A stretch of 64,000 bases of DNA from assembly GCA_022813865.1 (NCBI GenBank), contig JALDZX010000014.1:186001-250000 (forward strand). The letters run 5' to 3'. The DNA comes from Xylographa opegraphella (lineage: Eukaryota). Numbering within the stretch: the stretch's first letter is position 1; each line of letters opens with the position of its first letter. Of the stretch, positions 12,560 through 24,564 are shown piece by piece. The notes under the pieces were generated by a model. That model ran no database searches and was not told the origin of the DNA. It saw only the letters and a program-made list of their open reading frames with translations. The translations under genes and the position numbers were made by a program.

Positions 12560-15110
12560 TCACCCAGCCATGGGGCCGTCTTCGTCGTCCTCGTCCTCCA
12601 TTTGTTCCATCACCTCTTTTATGTAATGCGATGCCTAGGAACCATGAGCTCAAGTATATACGTATTAAGGAATATACACATACCTTCGGGTCCAAGTTCA
12701 GCGCCGTTGTGAAATGCTTGATCGCATCCCCCTTCTGCCTCAGAATTTTGTATACCCTTCCTAGCAAGAAATGAACATTCGCCTCATCCGGTACAATGTC
12801 CTTCAGCACATTGAGCTCCCTCAACGCCTCATCCGGCTGCTGTAGAGCCATCAACACCCTTGCCTTCTTGAAGCGCGAGAGCGCGGACTTCGGAGCCAGG
12901 TCGCACGATCTCGCATATTGGACCAACGCAGCTTTGGGGTTTTTCATCTTCTCAAGAACAACGCCGATGCAGCACACAAGCACGGCATTGGTAGGATTGA
13001 TGCCGGCCGCTGTACGATAATGTTGCTCTGCAACATTGTACTTGCCTTGCTTCTCATAGACTCGACCCAGGCCATACCAGGCGTTATAGTGGCGGTTTTC
13101 AGCGGCGATCCCGTTCCTGTATGCGGCCATAGCTTTGTCATATTCTTCGTTGGCAACGTGCTCATGTCCTTGTAGAGTGAAAGCGTAGGCGAACTTGGGA
13201 TCCAGCTGTGTCGCACGCTTAAAGCATTTCAAGGCCTGGTCATGATCTCTTTGTAACGAGAATGAATTGCCAACGGCGCACCAGGCTTGTGGGGATAGAC
13301 GATCAATATCTAAAATCTCATGTGCGAGAAAAGCCAGGTCAACTTCGCTTTTGAGATGCCAGAGTATTGTAGAGTAGACTTCCATGTCTTCCAGCCTTGC
13401 AGGAAACATTGCTTTTATTCGAGCAAAATACTTTTCCGCTTCGGTGTATGAGGTTTGCTCGAAGAGCGCCCGGCCCATCTGCGCAAGAACCCATGGCGTT
13501 TCTCTCTGGCTTGGTGTAATACTGTTGAATATCTTGAGGGCCTCCTCGCATCGATAGTGACTCAAAGCAAAATATCCGCTTCCTAGTTTGGTGAACAAAT
13601 CCAAAAGGTATTGAAGACTCTCGGACTCTTTTGTCTTTTCACTTACGGCAGGCTTCGGATTGAAAGGAACAGGGACGATTGGTTGTTCATATCTCCCTTC
13701 CTTGCTATCGATATCCATTGGATCGATGTGCTTTCGGTTTCCGCTCACCACTCTACCCACAGTCGAAAGTTGTGCTCTTCGCGTACCGATAGATTTAGCT
13801 TTCTTGATGTCTCGTCCTTCTTTCAAGCCCAGGCTTCCAGTAGACGCAGCGAACTTGTTACTTTGAGGTCTTATCTGGTTGAACAGCCGAACACTTCGGC
13901 GTTGCGGTGCCATAGGATCATTGATGCTGGGGTTCTGTTGCAACGTTGGGTTAGCGATAACACTTTGAGCGATTTGACCAGAGACAGTCCTCTTTCGCTC
14001 GGCCATTGAGGATGTCATAAAGGACGATATTGTAGACGCAACACCATCCATTTCTTCAGAGTCCCCATGTGTTCTTGACTTGATTCTGATGTGGGAGGCC
14101 TTCATTCGTGGTGGCGCATCAATGCCAAACTTCATGTCTAGACCAGCTATCGTTCGTGACTTTCTTGTAGGCGCTAAAGGAGGTTCAGCAGCAGCATTTC
14201 CCTCATGAATGCTGCGTACAGCCTTCCACTCAGCATTCCACGGGTCCTGTGGTGCGATGGCACAGCCGTTAGAACCCGTTGGCGTGTCCAGCACCTCACT
14301 TTCTATTCCAGTGCCTGTACCTATTGGTGTCACAGTAACCGTGCTGCCGTTTAGCTTCTCGTACAAAGCTGACTTTGTAAAACTTGACCGAGTATCATTA
14401 TTGACCCGATTTGTAGCAATACTGAAGGGGTCATTGGAACTGGGTATTTGCGGGGGTTGGGTCTTTTTATTTAATAAATTGTCCGACGGAGGAGAATCCC
14501 CAAGCTCGCCAAGGAAAGTTTCTTCACCTATTCCCGATTCCATAGCAATCATCATTGCTGGCGTCATCTTGAAGATATTCGGTATACGGACATTAACTCC
14601 CAGATCGCACAAACCAACAAAAGCGTCCCACATCAGCGAGTTGAGCTTTAAAGCTTCCGCATAGCATTCGATAGCACGATTTGTATCTCCATAAGCATGC
14701 GACAGCTTACCTTGCAGGCAGTGCACAGCGGCGGCATCTGGTAAAGGCTGTCTTCGAATGTCCGTATGCTTGTTCCAGCTATTTCTAGAGATCCACAAAC
14801 CCCTACTCTTTTCTAGTGCAGCAAGACCTTCTCCATATCTCTCCAAACCCAGACATGCCTGCGCAAAGATATAGGAGCATCCCAGATGTGTTCCTCTCGA
14901 CCCAGGATTCTTGCTGCTATCATAGGCTGCTTTCAACTGACCCAGCCTCAGATGACACAAAGCCAACAAATATGCTGCCTCTGTCGCCCGTGGTTCGTAA
15001 GCATGTAATCTACCAGCGAAGAATAGAGCGTTCCGAAGCAGGTTGCAGTCTAGGTGATAGTAAATCAAAAGACGTAACTGGTGTGCCACATGATGAGTTG
15101 ACGGTGACAT
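12560..15110 (-). CDS. CDC27: Anaphase-promoting complex TPR subunit Cdc27 (BimA/Nuc2)
   Basis: N-terminal QLRLLIYYHLDCNLLRNALFFAGRL. C-terminal TPRs LEDMEVYSTILWHL, SPQAWCAVGNSFSLQRDHDQALKCFKRATQLDP and HYNAWYGLG. The last intron, 12683-12635, gives ASHYIKEVMEQMEDEDDEDGPMAG*. Confidence 0.95.
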
Positions 15111-15699
15111 TGCGGTGGGTTGAGCTGTGCTTCAATCGTAAGGGAATGATCCTGGAATGAATAGCCGATGTGAGCCAATAGGAACAGTGAGAGGGAGGGC
15201 GATTGGTGGTGGCTCTTCGAAGCGCTCATCCAGAAGAAGTTCAAGAATGTAGATTTCCTCAGAGTTCCCCGATCCTCCTATTCCCACCAGTGAATAGTAC
15301 GGCCTTGGTCGCAGCTCCCTTGACGCAGGTGCCGCTGATGCCTGTCACAAAGTTCCTCTAAGGATCTTGTGTAGTTTCAGCTTCGGCGTGAGAGCATGAC
15401 ATACATTACAGATCAGAGTGCTGAAACGGGTTCATCATTCGACCCTCGTTAAGGATACAGAGCGAAAGAAAGTCGTGAAGAGAAGGAGGACCGGAGTCGT
15501 GCGATAAGGTAGCAGGAGTTATGGAGGTATCGCGGGCGTGATGTTTCGATGTTTTGATTCTAGTCGGGGGGCGCTTGTCGAAAGACAGGGATCCTTGCGG
15601 TAGCGGTTGAAAAGGTCCCAACAGCAGGGCCCTACCCCGTTTTGAGCCGCATCTGTTCAAGCACGACACCTTTGTTTCAACTCCGCTCAATCTTGCACC

Positions 15700-16287
15700 A
15701 TGGCACAAGTCAGTCCCGACGCTCGACTCAAGTCAACTACTACAATTGCTAATACTAGCTAGAAAGCCGCAAAGCAACAAGCGGCGCGCAACACTGCCAT
15801 TCTGAAGCGTATTCACTTGCTTTCATTAGCCTTCAACGGCCTCTTCCTTCTGTTACGATTCCTAATATTCAGGTCATCCGGTACTCCTGCTACCTTCATC
15901 AGATGGATTCTCTTCTCGGTCCCGGCATTTGGTACTGAGTTTTGGTTCGAAAGAATCGGAAGACCGACAAGCGGTACCAATGGGGAAGTGAAGAATTCCG
16001 GTCAGGATCTTGAGGCCAAAGGATTGACAGAGTACATGTTCGACGTACTGTACTGGTCGTGGGGAACTATGTTTCTAGCAAGTATCTTCGGAGACAAAGC
16101 TTGGTGGATGTGGGCAGCTATACCGCTATACTCAGTGTGGTTGGCATATAGCACGTTTGGAAGTGTAAGGCAAGGAATGGCTGGTCTCTCAGGACCAGGA
16201 GCAGAGGGCGAGACACCCAGTAGTGCTGCTAGTAACCGGCAGCGGAAGCTGGAGAAGAGAGGCGGACACAAGGTGCAGTACCGATGA
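15700..16287 (+). CDS. SND2: SRP-independent targeting protein 2 (TMEM208/DUF788)
   Basis: MAQ, intron 15709-15762, then KAAKQQAARN. Motifs SGQDLEAKGLTEYMFDVLYWSW and SNRQRKLEKRGGHKVQYR. Confidence 0.88.
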
Positions 16288-16688
16288 AGCACATTGAGAT
16301 GGATGAGCACGGATCATCTTCGGAAACTTTACTCGTTGATGCAACTCAAATGATCGATTAAAGGTCGCACATACAGCGGACTAGGCTCTGTTTGAAAGAC
16401 CAATCAATCCTTGCCGCTCCCGCCTTTGAACCGCTGAAAAGCCGATACACAACGCCGCCCAGCCACGACGCAAGAAGGCCCCCAGTACGCGTCGCTGTTG
16501 AGTGACTTGAGGCGAACCTATAATTGAAGTGTTGAATTATGACCAGTTCATACATCAATGCATCATCGCTCGAAACTATTCAACATATGGTTCGAAAACC
16601 TTAATCCCAAAACTGTAGTCCATGTACGTGCAAAATATACCTTTCTTGTGGCATAGAGCACCCTTCTGTGCGGTCGTTGAGTTTGTAA

Positions 16689-17831
16689 TTAGAAGCAAAA
16701 GACTTGGTCAGTCAATTTACTGACCGGCCTCGGTTTCTCGTACCCTAGCGAGTCTACGGCCTTCTTCATCGCGCTTACCATTGGTGGTGGCCCGCAGATC
16801 AAGATCTTCATGTCTGGAGCTGGTGGAGGTAGTTTGGTCTGGTCATATGTCAGTCCCTGGTAAACTCCTAAAACGATTTTGCCGCAACAGTATACCTTGA
16901 TCATGTCGGGCGTGACGAAACCGACACCCCCATCCCACTTTTCAGGAGGATTGTTCAGAACATAGTATACTCTGAAGCCAGCATCTTCCTTTGCCAAAGC
17001 ATCCAGATCCTCCTTTAACAAGATATCTTCAGGGTTCACGTTCGCAAATATTAGGTCAACCTCCGTTGTATCATTGCCTCCATTCCTTGGCCTGCCCCTG
17101 ATAATCGCCCTGATGATCTGAAGCATTGGCGTAATTCCCGTTCCCCCAGCAATCATGCCAAACCGCTTGACCAGGCCGGGCGTGTAGACCATAGCACCTT
17201 TCGGGCCCTTGACCTTCAAGGTTTGTCCAATCTTCATCTGTGCCATGTGTTTGGAAATGTTGCCCGTTGGATAAGATTTGATGAGAAGATCAAAATAGCC
17301 ATAATTTTCGTCCGAAGATATGGGCGTGTACGAGCGGACGATTTCCTTGACTTCGCCATCTGGTTGAGTGATGTCGGCTGCAACAGACATGTGCTGGCCA
17401 ATTGGAAGGCCTAATATGCTGTTTGAGGTCGGGAGATTGAAGCGGTAGCTAGGACTGATGAGTGCTTGCAATGAATTCGAAGTGTATCCGAGGCTTACAT
17501 TGCCACATTATGGGAGAGGACTGTTTTCTCTTTGAGCTCAAAGTCTTGAAAGGTATCGGGCTTGAGAACTTTCTTGGTCTCTGATTGGTAACAGTGAATC
17601 AGTAGCCGTTCCAGACGCCGAGGGGCCACGATTGCATTGCATCCGCTTGTACTTACGATTGACATATATTTTCCACGTTCCGAGCGCTAGAGCGAGGACG
17701 ACTGCATAGGGTAACCATTCGACTTTGACAATGGCACACCCAATTAATAGCAGCCCAGAAGGAATGTACACTCCGTTAATATACTGCGGAGAAAGGAAAG
17801 AAACCGGTTTGATTTGGTTATGCGAAGCCAT
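16689..17831 (-). CDS. CBR1: NADH-cytochrome b5 reductase
   Basis: N-terminal membrane anchor; [53 protein letters not shown]. Three introns. Confidence 0.95.
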
Positions 17832-18220
17832 TGCGGTTTGACACAAATAGCAACTTATGGAAGGTGCTTCGTCTGACAGTAGAGAAATCCGCTACCGTCT
17901 TGCCATCATGTTGTGGGCTGTGCTGTGATAGTGCTTTCGCGATTGACCCAACTTTATGCTCTCCGACCTCGCGACCTCCGGCTGTTCTTAAAGGGAAAAA
18001 GTTGTGTACTATCCCGTTTTAGGATATCGCTCGCGCTATCGATAAGCTTCCAAAACAAGGAGTTCGGGGTTCAAGTTAAGGTACACTCAATTACCTAACG
18101 TACCTGGCACTTACGGACGACCGTATGTCTGGGATGGCGCAGTACTCACCACCGGCAATGTTATTGCTGCAACAGCTGGAGTAAGAGTCTGGTCACATAC
18201 AGCCTGATTCCTGCCAGCTC

Positions 18221-18836
18221 ATGGAAGATAAAGAGTTCTCCTTACATACATGGGGAGAGCTAAGAACATTGATAGGTCCGTCATACGGGCATGGAAATGA
18301 CAAGATCGTGCTAAATCAGTGTAGCGGACAACAACTTAGCTGCACTACGGCGCAATCCCTCAGAAGTCATCAGATATCATTCCTGGCTGGAGGAGATCAA
18401 ATCTGTCTACGGTTCTGCTACCGCTTACCTGTGCCAAGAGCGATTACACTGGATACCTCTCCCATTAACTACAACGGAAGCAGGGCTATCTTTTCCTTGT
18501 CAAAGTAATATAATATTTGCCGACCCTGGAGACTACAAGATACTTCGTAATGACTGGCCTTATGGCGTTACGCCAGATATCACACATTTGGTGGTATGGG
18601 TGAAGAACAGGATACCGACAGACCGTGATACCGGAGACTTGACAGCCGAGTCAAGATTGGCGATAGCGAATTTTATCCAAAGAACCTTCGTGGAACAAAT
18701 TGGCGCTAGCAATGCAACTGATTATGTATTGTGGTTCAAGAACTGGTCGGCCTTGCAGAGTGTCCCAGGCATAGATCATGTGCACGTTCTCGTCCGGAAC
18801 GTACCTGATAGTCTGTTAATCAAGTGGACTGGCTAG
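18221..18836 (+). CDS. DUF3605 / GlcNAc-induced protein 1-like (HIT-like) protein
   Basis: LHTWGELRTLI, an intron, then LRRNPS, IKSVYGS, DYKILRNDWPYG, HLVVWVK and WFKNWSALQSVPGIDHVHV. The start codon is uncertain. Confidence 0.75.
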
Positions 18837-19405
18837 ATCGGCCCTATAGTCGATATCTCATTCTCCTCGGAGGATGAATCGAAACTGGGGCATTTACGAA
18901 GCCATCGGAGTCGTGCAACGATGCTGTCAAGACGAAGTGGTGGATTCAAGGGTGGCCATATAAAACACTGCGAACCAGAATACAGTTCACCGTGTTAATG
19001 CAGTATGTAGAGGAACGTCCGCAGTGTCCGGGTCGGAATAGAAAGAGCTACTGTTACACTAGACATGCTAGAAGATGATGAGTCTCATATTGAACACGAG
19101 CATGCCAGCGCTACCTCTGAACTATTCTACTCTTTTGGGGGGGGAGAATTATACAAGGCACTCGCAGAGCACCAGGCCTGGATAACCCATAGCTTACACT
19201 CCTAGATCCATCTTTAAGAAAAAAAGTCGATATGGTCGATCTAGAAAGCGCATCTTACATCTGACTGAAGCTTCACATCCAAGCCGAGCAGAAACGAAGC
19301 TTAGTTTGGTCCATTACACTGAACTTACCCGGTGACAAAAGTAACCCAACAGCGCGAATCTTTCTAAAGTAAGGTCATTAGCTGCGCTGTCAATATATTT
19401 TATAA

Positions 19406-20353
19406 ATGATACAAATGACTGTTCCTCTATTCCGCCTCGCTCTAGACGCTCATCGCGCGTTCCCGATTCCCAGTACGTCTGCTACTACAGGTCCTACTCC
19501 CTTGCGGCAAGCAACCCCTAGGTGGTCTGCTACGCCCGCGCCGGCTCGTGCGCTTGCGTTACTTTCTCCAGAAGAAATAGCCTCTGTTCTACGGTTCATA
19601 CGTCCTGAAGACGCGGCTCTAGCCCTAGGATCATGCTTGCTGAAACGGCTTGCTGTGGTCCGGGGCGTGGGTGCGACATGGGCAGAAGCGGGGAGGGGAA
19701 TGAAGAAAGAAGCCGGCGGTAAACCGGTCTGGAAGAGTGAAAGTCCTGAACAGGGTAAGGTCGAGTTCAATGTAAGCCATCATGGAAGCGTTGTGGTGCT
19801 TGTGGCCGACTCTGGACCAGAGAATGGACCCAACCGAGTCAGAAGGGTCGGAATTGATATAGTTAAGATCGATGTGCCTATAACCACTCCAGCCGTGAGA
19901 AGAGCAGGGTCTTGGGAGAAGTGGGTAAGAATATATGCAGACGTTATGCCGGAGGGAGAAGTGAGAATGATTATGAATGAAGAGAATATAGAGGGTTGTG
20001 GCCAACTTAGCCTGGAGGGTAGGTTACGAAGATTCTACACGTTTTGGGGACTCAGGGAAGCATATGTCAAAATGTCAGGTGAAGCTCTGGTCGCACCGTG
20101 GCTGAAAGAGCTGCAATTTCTCAATGTCAGAGCTCCTCCTAAGGGCGAAGAGCTCACGCAGGGCGCTGTAATCAAAGGCGTAGAGGTGTGGTTATGCGGC
20201 CAGAAGCTTGAAGACGTGGGAGTTGAGTTAGAAGCTCTAGGAGAAGATTACATCGTCGCTACCGTCGTTGAGCGAGGCTCGAAAGGCGAAGAGTTTGCAG
20301 CATTTGAAAACGTGGATATTGAGAGAGAATTGAGCACACTAGCCACGGGATGA
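19406..20353 (+). CDS. npgA: Sfp-type 4'-phosphopantetheinyl transferase (NpgA/Ppt1/Lys5)
   Basis: EDAALALGSCLLKR, GKP, EFNVSHH, VGIDIV and LRRFYTFWGLREAYVKMSGEALVAPWLKELQF. Confidence 0.9.
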   Translation: MIQMTVPLFRLALDAHRAFPIPSTSATTGPTPLRQATPRWSATPAPARALALLSPEEIASVLRFIRPEDAALALGSCLLKRLAVVRGVGATWAEAGRGMKKEAGGKPVWKSESPEQGKVEFNVSHHGSVVVLVADSGPENGPNRVRRVGIDIVKIDVPITTPAVRRAGSWEKWVRIYADVMPEGEVRMIMNEENIEGCGQLSLEGRLRRFYTFWGLREAYVKMSGEALVAPWLKELQFLNVRAPPKGEELTQGAVIKGVEVWLCGQKLEDVGVELEALGEDYIVATVVERGSKGEEFAAFENVDIERELSTLATG

Positions 20354-21763
20354 TTACCCAATTTATACTCGAAGACTCATTTTATCCGGGGCTTTTCAGG
20401 AAATCGTCTAAGGGCGGGTTCCAAACATATCACAATTCACTGTCCAACCTTGTGAAGGGCGGACCACTTTCTGATGCTGGGAGCCACGAAGACGCCGCTT
20501 CATCAGAATTGATCCACGACGACTCTCTCTAGATACAATAGCTTCACCGCAATCGTTTCAGAGTATGATTGGAGGCTGCTTTACATGATAAAGTCGCCTC
20601 TATTGCTACAAAATTTTAGAGAGGCTCGGCTCGTTTCATGGACGCTTCTTTAGCAAATGCCTCAGAAGACTTGGTTAAGTCAATCATGCCTTCTTAAAAT
20701 CTAAACTTAGGCATCGAAGTCAACAAAACGCCTGTGATTGGAGAACCATGTTGCCATTTAGTATTCCGGACCAAAAGCATTCGACGGAGAGATGTGGTGA
20801 CTGTATGTTCCACCTGCTGGACTCTGCTCTCCGCTCAGTGTTGGGTCAATCTTGCCAATGTATGTTGTTATCTTAGCTGTCAATACCTGCTGCGCATGGA
20901 GGACATTTGTCAAGTGGTGTTCTTGTAAGCGCCACGACCTCAGCCTGTCATTGCAGATTGCTGCCTTAGGGGGATGGGGGTCGAAATCGAAATTTCGGGC
21001 ACTGCCTCAGTGATGCATGTTGTTCCTCCCGCTATATGCGGGCGTAGCAAGCAATAATTAAGCGCCTGCAGGAGGAGTTAGGGGTTTCACGTGGGTTCTT
21101 GAAAGCCCCCCCGCAGGAATCATAGGGGCCTCATGGGGGTTATCCCCCGTGAAGAATCCTCTATAATAACGGAAGCATCCAAGGGGACGTCCAAGAAGCT
21201 CTGCCCCATTATTGGAAAAAGATGCCACAGCAAGCTGCATATCTGGCGAGAGGTTCCCTCACGACGAACCCCATCTTGCAACAGCTTACCTATGCCCAAG
21301 TGTACATGTATGCTTGATCATAAGACAGAGAATGTATTTGTTATCTTACTCGTCCCACTACTTTGTCTCAGCTTCGCCCCCACACGCATTTCATCATTGC
21401 AGTAGTTCGGTCGCAGATTCGCCCGGCTGTTTGACAGTGAAATCCACGACGAACTGCACAGCAGCCATTTCCATATGAGTGGTGCTCATGTGCCGTTAAT
21501 ATTTCACCGTGGTATTGATAATATGCTGTTACTGTTTCGATGTCTCTTGAGACATTAACGCCCCTATCGTTTGCAGATGACTCTGAAGTATGGACTCCCC
21601 TTCAACAATTTTCTCCTCATCCCAATGATGACACTCGTCCACTACCAGGAATGGGCTCAGATTCTACTTTTTGCTGCCGACAGAAGTCTCTTAGATGTAT
21701 CTCTGTCTGCTTGAATTGCTGTGCCGATGGTAAGGCGGTTAGAAAATCTCATATTTCCTCAAA

Positions 21764-22786
21764 ATGTACTCTGATTTGCTACAACTGTACATCAGTTTCG
21801 TTTTCGGTGCCAAATTCGTGCTTGGATGGGAGACCAAGCTGCTATGTGATCCCTTCATTGGAGTCGATATTGTTACGGATCACTGCTCTCAGGCCATGTC
21901 TTTCATGCACGATATTGTGCTGGCAGATTCTAGCCCGAATCAAGGATTCCGAAGACGCCTCTTCACCCGCGATAATGGAGATCATCCATCTCAGCTGCCC
22001 CAAAGTTTCACGTATGGTAGCTGTGCAATAGGTGTCGACCTCGATGGCATGTCTGGCCTGGCGGTTGCTTCTACTTGGGATGCGCTCTATGAAAAAGTAG
22101 GCACACTTTTGACCGAGTGCGTCAAGACATCTGATCCAGTCTTTCAACGCAAATTTGGCGGTTACTACAAAATTGATGGCTTCACGTTCGTTGTTGCCAA
22201 TCCCGCCACAGTAATTACATCGGGTACTTGCCTAGCAAGCCCACCGTACCGGGGCCCCGCCGACAACGATCTCAGTATGACTATATCAATGCGCGCTGAG
22301 GACCTCGCAATGCGGTCGAAGGATATAGTTACACGTCTTATCCCTGGAAAAATTCAAGGGGGACTTGCACCATTCAGCTCGGACACTTACAAAGGGGTAC
22401 TTGTTCGACAACAAGGTCCTTGGCTTCTATCCGGAGATACATGGGTCCCAAAGCCGGATTTGGTATCCGACCAAGAGTTCTTACACACTGGCGGCTGGAT
22501 TCTCTTCAGATCGATGAGACCCTATTCCCACTGTTTCCCTTTGTATTTCCCGGACTTGTTTGCGGGATCTTCGATTCTGCCATCTGAGGGACAGCAAGAG
22601 ATCCACCTAAGGGGTGCATGGCTAGCCGAGGGTGTTCGCTGGCGTCGGTGTAGGGCAAGGCAAATGAATATCATCAAAGGACTTTCGTTCCAGTGGGAAT
22701 GGATTCTCATCAACGCGCCTGGAGCGCAAATTGAGGCGGACGTGCCGTCTCCTCACATTTCTCGCTCGGCGATTCACCTGACGTAA
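21764..22786 (+). CDS. Hypothetical, probably secreted, Cys-containing protein (340 aa)
   Basis: Long uninterrupted ORF with a hydrophobic N-terminus (LLQLYISFVFGAKFVLG). The N-terminal region has spaced Cys (LLCDP, DHCSQA, GSCAIGVDL, STWDAL, TECVK, FGG). The 3' exon structure is uncertain. Confidence 0.55.
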   Translation: MYSDLLQLYISFVFGAKFVLGWETKLLCDPFIGVDIVTDHCSQAMSFMHDIVLADSSPNQGFRRRLFTRDNGDHPSQLPQSFTYGSCAIGVDLDGMSGLAVASTWDALYEKVGTLLTECVKTSDPVFQRKFGGYYKIDGFTFVVANPATVITSGTCLASPPYRGPADNDLSMTISMRAEDLAMRSKDIVTRLIPGKIQGGLAPFSSDTYKGVLVRQQGPWLLSGDTWVPKPDLVSDQEFLHTGGWILFRSMRPYSHCFPLYFPDLFAGSSILPSEGQQEIHLRGAWLAEGVRWRRCRARQMNIIKGLSFQWEWILINAPGAQIEADVPSPHISRSAIHLT

Positions 22787-23074
22787 TGTCGGAGAGTCCG
22801 AATACCATGCAAGGAATGAACCAGTTAGGTACGAACAGCTTAGAGCTTATAGGTATCGTCTCGCGGCCATGAGGACACAGCAAGCGTGGTCAGATTGTGA
22901 TGAGAATGGGAGATCTGCTCGGTGAACAGGTTGCTGTATATCTATCTATGCGCCACCAACAACTCGATCGTCGACTCAACATAATACATGCATGCTCCAT
23001 GCAATTGATACTACTATACAAGCCCGCACGCATCCAGCCGCCATTCATCCATACAACGCAACTTCAGCATTTGC

Positions 23075-23762
23075 TCAATGATACCAAAGTCTGAAGCAGC
23101 TGAACGGTTGACTGTCCCAACATTGCCCCGCCGGCGTCTCGTATCCAGCACTGTACAGATACGTATCACACGCATCGATCGTGCTCCGGCTGAAATCAAG
23201 CTGCTCGTTCGCAGGAAGGCTTCGATACGACATCCCTACAACGTTATAGAGCTGCGGAGCGCCATCGTATTGTACATCATACAAGACATTGTCGAACCAC
23301 GTGCTGTCACCCGAGCATCCTGGACCTACGAACCAGCCGAGTCCAACGCCGGAGGGAAGCTGGAAAAGCGATCAGCTGAATGCTACACATACGAAAATTT
23401 GAAGATATTTGAAGATAAGGCCCGCGTGGCGTCTGCGGCGCTTGTGCAGCGGGAGGTCCGCCTACCTGGTAGCCTTCCAGTGTTCTCTTCTTCTGTCCCG
23501 GTCGACCGACCATGTCCAGTTGAGCGAGCACCCATAGCGAGGCGTTCGAGCCTGCGGTGGTGTGGTAGCCGTCGCCAACTCTGTGGGTGTAATCTTCCGG
23601 GATGGGTCCGTAAGGGTCGACCCCTGCCGTGAGTGCGTCGGCGATTCGATCGGGACAGCAGGCATTGGACACATTGGCGGAAGGAAGCAGTGCCGAAGCA
23701 GTCGCCGAGGATGAGTCCATGAAGACCGTGATTGTCGCGAGTAAAATGTGGGAGAGATGCAT
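23075..23762 (-). CDS. Small secreted Cys-containing protein with a Kex2-type pro-domain
   Basis: Signal peptide MHLSHILLATITVFM, pro-region ending QKKR. Intron 23465-23360 (GTAGGC..CTGAT..CCAG) joins in frame to LPSGVGLGWFVGPGCSGDSTWFDNV...QLDFSR...ACDTYLYSAG...QCWDSQPFSCFRLWYH*. Confidence 0.75.
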
Positions 23763-24564
23763 ATTGGATCCGGTATACAGTGAGCTCTTGCGGCTGTAAT
23801 GAACGAGCGCTATCACCGAGACTTGCTCTGCTGCGAGCTTTGGGGATGCTAAACTGCAGCTGGGTAATTTGGGGACCTGGAAGGATTTGGAGAATGGATA
23901 TGCTGGATAGTGCTCGGCTTTATGTGAGACGAGATGCCGAGTAAGGAGGCATTCACAATGTATGAGTCCTTGACCCCGTACATGACATAAGATTCACATT
24001 CCGGTCGATGAAACGCATCCAGAGTAGATTTGCGTGCCCACAATACCATTAATATGGCACACCATCTGAGATAATCGGAGCGCGAATAGCGTTGAACCGG
24101 AGGAGCTGAATGATTTCTGCAAGGTGCAGGAATGGTGAAGTGGATTTGTATCTTGGGGCTTTATCGGGGGAACACGAGTGGAGTTTGGTACTTGGGTTGT
24201 GGATTACGCTAAGCCAGTCCTCGCAAACTTCATGCACAGGTGTTACATCCATGATTGGATTTGAGGCTCGACGATTTTCTCAGTAGTTCGCCAATACGTG
24301 AAAGTAAAGAAGTTGAGAAACAATCAGAATATGATGAATAGTAAATAACAAGCAAAAGCGACAAAACATGGGATAGCGCTTGAATCCTACGCAGTAAAGC
24401 AGAAGATCACAGTCACTGATTCTCTCTGGGCCAAACGAACATGTCCAACCACACAGTCCATCTGACTCTTCAGAGGCCAAGCGTTTATGTTGAGAACCAA
24501 TTTTTCGATCGTAAGAGAGCCCTCAGAGTCACAACATACCAAGGAGTTGGTCCGCATAAGATGA

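Noticed and set aside
12447..12683. ORF-track C-terminus of CDC27 (VCVYSLIRIY...)
   Set aside because: Read-through of the final intron; splicing gives an acidic tail ending at 12560.
19406..20353. PPTase as a marker of a PKS/NRPS cluster
   Set aside because: There is no PKS, NRPS or carrier-protein gene in the window, and the fungal Sfp-type PPTase is normally a stand-alone housekeeping gene.
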